The notes beneath the pieces are model-generated. The model was not told the DNA's origin. It saw only the letters and a program-made list of their open reading frames with translations, and searched no databases. A stretch of DNA of 32,000 nt from Patescibacteria group bacterium (GTDB lineage Bacteria; Patescibacteriota; UBA1384; XYA2-FULL-43-10), in contig JBAYVT010000001.1 in assembly GCA_041674405.1 (NCBI GenBank), positions 210,001-242,000 on the forward strand. The letters run 5' to 3'. Numbering within the stretch: the stretch's first letter is position 1; every line of letters starts with the position of its first letter. The position numbers and the translations under genes are program-made. Shown one piece after another: positions 27,200 to 32,000 of the stretch.

Positions 27200-27300
27200 G
27201 TATTTCCTTGGAGTTACATGAATATTATAACCAGATCAGGCAATTTCTGCCACAGAAAATGAAAATATATGAGCTTTCTATGTAGTTATTAATCAGAAAT

Positions 27301-28908
27301 TTACAGCTCTTTCAGCCGTTCTTCAAATTCTTCGTCCAATTGAGATTTCAAATCTTCATGAAATTTGTCGTCATAATCTTTAACTGTGTCTTTAACTCGC
27401 CCGCAGCTTTTTTCTTCGAGGCAAAAATGCGGAATTTGGCATTTGGTCACCATCAGTTTTGCAATATTAGGCAATTTTTTCCGTTCAAGAATTTTTTTAA
27501 TTTTTTCCATTTCTTTAATAGCCATTGGGCGCAATTGCGCTTCAGCGGTCGTGCAGGTCCTCACCGGGTAATAACCAGCAATTAGATTATATAAATCGTA
27601 TTGCTGCAAAATATCCACCCTAACTCCGCGCGGCATAATGAAAATAGCATCAGAGGGCTTAATTTTGTATTTCCCAATGAGTAAGAAATATGCATCGAGA
27701 GCATTAATGACAATATTCAAATATTCATAAAGCAGACTTTTCTGCTTTTTTATAGTAGGCGGAATAGTGAAAAAACGATCAATAATTTTAAGGTCAGCCT
27801 CCGCTAGTTTTTCTTTGGCAATTTTATTGCGGTATTTCTCAAAGATTGGCTGGCAGCGGTCAATAGCATAATACAGCGAGTCTGGCGTCATTGGTACTGT
27901 CCTATGGCGTTTTTTGTCTCCCCAAACCCGCCAGGAAACTGCTGATAGCACCTTGACCGTAAGAGCAGTATTGTAGTCACGGCAAAAGTCATGCCGTAGA
28001 GCTAATAACTTACGCCAATTTTTTTTGATCATCCTTTTATTTGGGACTAATTCCTTTTCTTTCTTTACGATTTCCTTGGCGCTCCTATCAAGGCCTGGTG
28101 TAATTGTTGCATCTAAGCTAATTACATCGGACAAGTCGTTGGAGATACCTTTAGCTTTAATTAGTTCGCGTGTAATGTTTATCTTTGCTGGATCCTTAAA
28201 GGGATTAGGATAAGGAAGAACATTTCGGCCTGCAAGATCTCTGGAAGCATATACTAAATCCACGCCATATTTTTTTAGCTCTTTTTCAATTTTTTGGATC
28301 ATCATCTGGGCTTCTTCAGGCATCCAATCACCTTGCGATTCTGCTTCCTTCTTAAAAGCTATTACAGATTCAATCGGGTAAGCGATAATACCGGTACCAT
28401 ATATACCATAATGCAGTGTTTTTGATGCATCATCTTTGTTGATTCCACTTTTGAGCAATTTGTTTAGAAAATTGATATTATTATCTGAAATTTTTTTATA
28501 AATTGCTTTTGCTTCGGCATTATTGTTAATGGCAGTAGGGTATACTATGTCATCTACAGTGGTATCGGTGCGGCGTCCTGAAGCCATGAGCGCAGACGAG
28601 AAAACCATCCCGGTCATCAAAGAGTCAATAAATTTTGAAGCTTCATAGGTAAAACAGATCGCCGGTGTCGTGGCAATCGAGGCATGACCTCGAAGAGAGG
28701 ACCGGCGAATAATGCCTTTGACTTTTTTGTCTAGGTCCTGGCCTTTTTCACAGACATCTTTGTAAAGATCTTTGACGGATTTGCCTTTAAATGTCATTAA
28801 AGCAGACAGAGAAACCAAATCTTGAGGCTTAAGATATCCTGTTTTATCTGCTAAAACCGGAATCACCCCCAAAAATGTGACTTTCATGTCTGATACTTTT
28901 CTTGCCAT
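27301..28908 (-). CDS. Large ThyX-like (FAD-dependent thymidylate synthase) protein, 535 aa
   Basis: LRGHASIATTPAICFTYEAS and C-terminal WGDKKRHRTVPMTPDSLYY resembling the ThyX RHR motif; clustered with deoxycytidylate-metabolism genes. Confidence 0.75.
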   Translation of the reverse strand: MARKVSDMKVTFLGVIPVLADKTGYLKPQDLVSLSALMTFKGKSVKDLYKDVCEKGQDLDKKVKGIIRRSSLRGHASIATTPAICFTYEASKFIDSLMTGMVFSSALMASGRRTDTTVDDIVYPTAINNNAEAKAIYKKISDNNINFLNKLLKSGINKDDASKTLHYGIYGTGIIAYPIESVIAFKKEAESQGDWMPEEAQMMIQKIEKELKKYGVDLVYASRDLAGRNVLPYPNPFKDPAKINITRELIKAKGISNDLSDVISLDATITPGLDRSAKEIVKKEKELVPNKRMIKKNWRKLLALRHDFCRDYNTALTVKVLSAVSWRVWGDKKRHRTVPMTPDSLYYAIDRCQPIFEKYRNKIAKEKLAEADLKIIDRFFTIPPTIKKQKSLLYEYLNIVINALDAYFLLIGKYKIKPSDAIFIMPRGVRVDILQQYDLYNLIAGYYPVRTCTTAEAQLRPMAIKEMEKIKKILERKKLPNIAKLMVTKCQIPHFCLEEKSCGRVKDTVKDYDDKFHEDLKSQLDEEFEERLKEL

Positions 28909-28946
28909 AAAACTCCTTGAAAAAGTTAATTAGTATATATTAAATT

Positions 28947-29528
28947 TCAAAATCGTAACTCTTCTTTGATAAGTTCAACTTCGGGTGTCATATCAAAATA
29001 CTCGCTGTTTATCTTGATTTTGCCTCGAAATTTTTCGCAAATTATTCCCCTTTTATTGGCCAAGCGTCTTGCTTCCGGCTCAGATTCTTTCTTGGATCCG
29101 TCACTGCCTTCCTTGACTCTTAAATATTCGTCTAAATAAATAATCTTTTTGATTCCAAGATTGTTCAGTGCCTTTAAGCAGTCATAGCATGGAAAGAGGG
29201 TAATATATAAGGTTGAGCCTTTCAGGCGCTCAGTGTTGCCGGAATTAATAATCGCATTTATCTCGCTATGTGCCCCACGGCAACGCTGAATTTCATTCGT
29301 GTCCGGATCTCCATGCACCTTTGCGCAACCTTCATCAATACAATGAATATCGCCGGCGGTCGGCCCATTATAACCCAAAGAAATTACCCTGTGGTTTTCA
29401 TCCACAAAAACGGAACCGACTTTGTGAAAAATACAAGCGGTTCTTTCCGCAGCAGCAACGGCAATGGTCATAAAAAACTCATCCCAAGAAAGCCTATGGT
29501 TTCTTTGATATTTCTTATCTTTTGCCAT
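28947..29528 (-). CDS. dCMP/cytidine deaminase family protein
   Basis: HSEINAI and PCYDCLKAL zinc-deaminase motifs. Confidence 0.9.
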   Translation of the reverse strand: MAKDKKYQRNHRLSWDEFFMTIAVAAAERTACIFHKVGSVFVDENHRVISLGYNGPTAGDIHCIDEGCAKVHGDPDTNEIQRCRGAHSEINAIINSGNTERLKGSTLYITLFPCYDCLKALNNLGIKKIIYLDEYLRVKEGSDGSKKESEPEARRLANKRGIICEKFRGKIKINSEYFDMTPEVELIKEELRF

Positions 29529-29542
29529 TTGTCCTCCGGTTA

Positions 29543-30082
29543 TTACACTTGGATTTCTTTACCCTTGCTGGTTACCCTTCCACCTTTCCATTGTCCCCGA
29601 TATGCATTTGATTTCCCCGATATCTCAAAAAACATTATATGAACGATTCTGGCACCTAGTTCAATTTCAAATTCGCATGGACCAGAATTATAAAACAGAA
29701 ATGAAAGTTCCCCGCAATATCCTGGATCGATTTTTCCACCGGACATAATAATTCCTGATCGAAACAGGGTGCTCCTAAGCCACATCGCAGCAGTCAAATT
29801 CAGTGGCATATTTACCTTTTCGTTAGTTGTCACCAAGTAGCAATCGCCCGGTTTGAAAATAACTGATTGTTTTTTTTCTGGTATATATTCATATAACAAT
29901 TTTGAGTCAGTCGAGTCGCGTTCGGTAAGCCCCATAAATCCCCTGCCGCTTATTTCATGCACTTTTCCAAGACACAGGTCAAAACCACAGCCCTCTGGAT
30001 TTGTAAGCTCTCTTTCACACAGGTTTTCAACTAATTTTTGTTTTTTGACAAGATCCAAGAGTTTGTCCACGCCGAGTACCAT
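29543..30082 (-). CDS. dcd: dCTP deaminase / dUTPase-fold protein
   Basis: LWLRSTLFRSGIIMSGGKIDPGYCGELSFLFYN; trimeric dUTPase/Dcd-like. Confidence 0.83.
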   Translation of the reverse strand: MVLGVDKLLDLVKKQKLVENLCERELTNPEGCGFDLCLGKVHEISGRGFMGLTERDSTDSKLLYEYIPEKKQSVIFKPGDCYLVTTNEKVNMPLNLTAAMWLRSTLFRSGIIMSGGKIDPGYCGELSFLFYNSGPCEFEIELGARIVHIMFFEISGKSNAYRGQWKGGRVTSKGKEIQV

Positions 30083-30318
30083 CTTCCCTCCAAATTTATT
30101 GATATATACCAGAAACTTTTTGATAAAAAATGCGCCGGATAATTAGCGCAAATTGTAGTTTATTTCTGTTTTTTAAAGTATAGCAATACATAAATATTTT
30201 GGCGCAAGAATCGATTTGAAGATACAAAAATTATAATCACAAATTGGCAAATTACTATTTTTTATTTCCAGCATTGGATATTTATACCTAAGGCATAAAG
30301 TAAAAAAATGTTTTAGAC

Positions 30319-30347
30319 TTGAGAAAACGCATAAGTTTTGCTATCAT
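30319..30347 (+). promoter_or_regulatory. Candidate promoter of GIY-YIG gene
   Basis: TTGAGA-17 nt-TATCAT. Confidence 0.6.
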
Positions 30348-30367
30348 CATAATGTTTTTGGGCGGTT

Positions 30368-30420
30368 AGTCCCGATGCGGTAACCCGATCGGGATCCCGA
30401 AAGCTTCGCTCTTCGGGACT
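30368..30420 (+). promoter_or_regulatory. Structured leader with mutually exclusive hairpins
   Basis: Tandem stems tcccgat/atcggga (30370-30376/30388-30394) and tcccgaa/ttcggga (30395-30401/30412-30418), or alternative outer stem agtcccga/tcgggact (30368-30375/30413-30420). Confidence 0.6.
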
Positions 30421-30427
30421 CTTTACA

Positions 30428-30688
30428 ATGAAACCAAGCGTATATATTTTAAAACTCGATGACGGAAGTTATTATATTGGATCAACTCGCGACTTAAAGA
30501 GACGCATTGCTGAACACCGGAAAGGTTTAAAAGCCAGTACAAGATTTTCTAAGAATCCCCAGATCGTATTCTTCCAGAATTTTGAAACTTATCATCAAGC
30601 TCGAATTATCGAGATAAAATTAAAATCCTATAAAAGTCGCAAAGTGATCGAAAAAATTATTAAGGAAGGAAAAATTAACAAATTATAA
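30428..30688 (+). CDS. Stand-alone GIY-YIG nuclease domain protein, 86 aa
   Basis: VYILKLDDGSYYIGSTRDLKRRIAEH. Confidence 0.95.
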   Translation: MKPSVYILKLDDGSYYIGSTRDLKRRIAEHRKGLKASTRFSKNPQIVFFQNFETYHQARIIEIKLKSYKSRKVIEKIIKEGKINKL

Positions 30689-30692
30689 TAAT

Positions 30693-30769
30693 GGGCCCGT
30701 AGCTCAGTTGGTTAGAGCGCATCGTTGACATCGATGAGGTCTGCAGTTCGAGTCTGCACGGGCCCACCA
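30693..30769 (+). tRNA. tRNA-Val (anticodon GAC), CCA encoded
   Basis: GGGCCCGTAGCTCAGTTGGTTAGAGCGCATCGTTGACATCGATGAGGTCTGCAGTTCGAGTCTGCACGGGCCCACCA. Confidence 0.96.
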
Positions 30770-30821
30770 AAAAAATCCCTACTTTGTTAGGAATTTTTTT
30801 GTTATCTAACTTATTAATTTG

Positions 30822-31694
30822 TTACTTTTTGGCTTTTTTCTTGACCGCAATTTTGGCAGCTTGTTTCGGTGCGACTTTCGGTACAGTAATAGTCAAAATT
30901 CCGTTGTCCATCTCAGCTTCGGCCTTTTCTGATTTAACTTCGGATGGCAGTGTGAAGCTTCTAGTAAATGATCCAGTATACATTTCTTTGTGATAAAATC
31001 CCTCGTCTTTTTCTTCCTTTTCCTCTTTTTTCTCACCAGAAATTGTCATTATGTTATCGGCAACTTCAACAGTGACATCTTCCTCGGCAACTCCCGGAAG
31101 TTCGGCTTTGACTATGACAGCGTCTTTGGTTTCTTTTACATTGATTTTCGGCATTCCGCCAGCCTTGGCTGGGGTGACAACGCTTTCCTCAAAAAGACGA
31201 TCCATTGCATCACGGAGAGTAACCATTTCTCCGAAAGGGCGCCACGGCCCAATTTCTCTTGGCATAGAATTCTCCTTTACCCCGAGCCTGTCGAGGGGTT
31301 TACCCACCTCATCGAGCCTGTCGAGGGGTTTACCCACCTCATCGAGCCTGTCGAGGGGTTTACCCACCTCATCGAGCCTGCCGAGGAGTCTCTCGTCCTC
31401 AATTTGTCCGAGTTGCCCAGCAGTTGCGGGGTTATGATTAATAATTTTTATTGGTGAATTATTTTCAAACATTTGATTAATTTCTTTTTCAAAATCAAAT
31501 ATTTCCTCAAATGCAGAATTGAAAAAATTGCACATCGATACAACAAGGGGTAGTGATGGCATATATTTCCCCTGCTCAAGAGCGATCACAGACTGCCGGG
31601 AAATACCCAGAGCTTCGGCCAGTTCCTCTTGTGAAAGATCGTGTTGGCGACGAAGTTCGCGCAATCTGTTTTGAATGTTTGGTTCTTCTTTCAT
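30822..31694 (-). CDS. XRE-family HTH regulator continuous in frame with Hsp20 small heat-shock protein
   Basis: LSQEELAEALGISRQSVIALEQGKYMPSL (HTH) then three DRLDEVGKPL-type repeats, then alpha-crystallin/Hsp20 domain (ELPGVAEEDVTVEVADNIMTISGEK...). Internal ATG at 31265 with aaaGGAGaattct SD could start Hsp20 alone (30822-31265). Confidence 0.85.
   Translation of the reverse strand: MKEEPNIQNRLRELRRQHDLSQEELAEALGISRQSVIALEQGKYMPSLPLVVSMCNFFNSAFEEIFDFEKEINQMFENNSPIKIINHNPATAGQLGQIEDERLLGRLDEVGKPLDRLDEVGKPLDRLDEVGKPLDRLGVKENSMPREIGPWRPFGEMVTLRDAMDRLFEESVVTPAKAGGMPKINVKETKDAVIVKAELPGVAEEDVTVEVADNIMTISGEKKEEKEEKDEGFYHKEMYTGSFTRSFTLPSEVKSEKAEAEMDNGILTITVPKVAPKQAAKIAVKKKAKK
31284..31373 (+). 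repeat. Three perfect tandem copies of a 30-nt repeat plus degenerate fourth
   Basis: gagcctgtcgaggggtttacccacctcatc at 31284, 31314, 31344; partial gagcctgccgagga at 31374. Confidence 0.97.
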
Positions 31695-31752
31695 AATTTT
31701 TTACTCATCAGTGATGGAATTCTGTGAAAGATCCTTGTGGTTAAATTTCATT

Positions 31753-31774
31753 GATGTAAAGTTTACTTTACATC
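31753..31774. promoter_or_regulatory. Palindromic operator overlapping XRE promoter -10
   Basis: gatgtaaagt-tt-actttacatc; minus-strand promoter TTGACA (31783-31788) - 17 nt - TAAACT (31760-31765). Confidence 0.75.
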
Positions 31775-32000
31775 ATGATCTTTGTCAAGGTGCCTTAAAT
31801 GAAATCAAAAGCTAAATCAAGAATTAAAACCGCAAAAAAATCAATAAATTTCAAATTACATTTATTAATTTTAATTATAGTTATAGGTTATCTTTCCCAT
31901 AGAGAAATATCTTTGTTTTTTTGCCCAAATTGAAGGTTTTAGCTGATTTTATGAATATGTGCTCGGTGAATGTAAAAGACAGCGAAACGACCCTGGCATC

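Noticed and set aside
31284-31387. CRISPR array
   Set aside because: Contiguous identical 30-nt units with no spacers, in frame inside a coding region; no cas genes in window.
31956-32000. Possible gene start at right edge (MNMCSVNVKDSETTLA...)
   Set aside because: Too short before the window ends and no clear SD; cannot be supported.

Overview
AT-rich bacterial chromosome fragment, probably Patescibacteria/CPR-like (inference: TGS-less ThrS, DUF5661-like protein, many small stand-alone genes). Most content is ordinary. It includes an envelope metal-dependent hydrolase, PAP2 phosphatase, ZIP transporter, very large secreted HExxH metalloprotease-like protein, GNAT, MGMT-like protein, RRM RNA-binding protein, slipin, two ABC export systems, RNase HII, RNase P RNA, tRNA-Gln and tRNA-Val. 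It also includes ThrS, two Nudix hydrolases, GlyA, an HD protein, a dCTP deaminase / dCMP deaminase / ThyX-like cluster, a GIY-YIG nuclease and an XRE-Hsp20 ORF. The most notable signal is a set of four isolated, clearly GC-richer single-gene transcription units embedded in this AT-rich background. They are a 76-aa orphan, a 388-aa pentein/deiminase-like protein, a 117-aa orphan and a 368-aa HD-domain plus SAM-methyltransferase fusion. Each has its own candidate promoter with 17-bp spacing, a strong SD and a GC-rich terminal hairpin. The HD-methyltransferase unit also lies between 22-nt direct repeats with a 44-nt near-perfect palindrome next to it. Further points of interest are an in-frame XRE-Hsp20 ORF joined by 30-nt tandem repeats with a palindromic operator over its -10 box, a GIY-YIG gene with an alternative-hairpin leader next to tRNA-Val, a Nudix gene lacking any ATG/GTG/TTG start, and a duplicated tRNA-Gln 3' end with a structured element.
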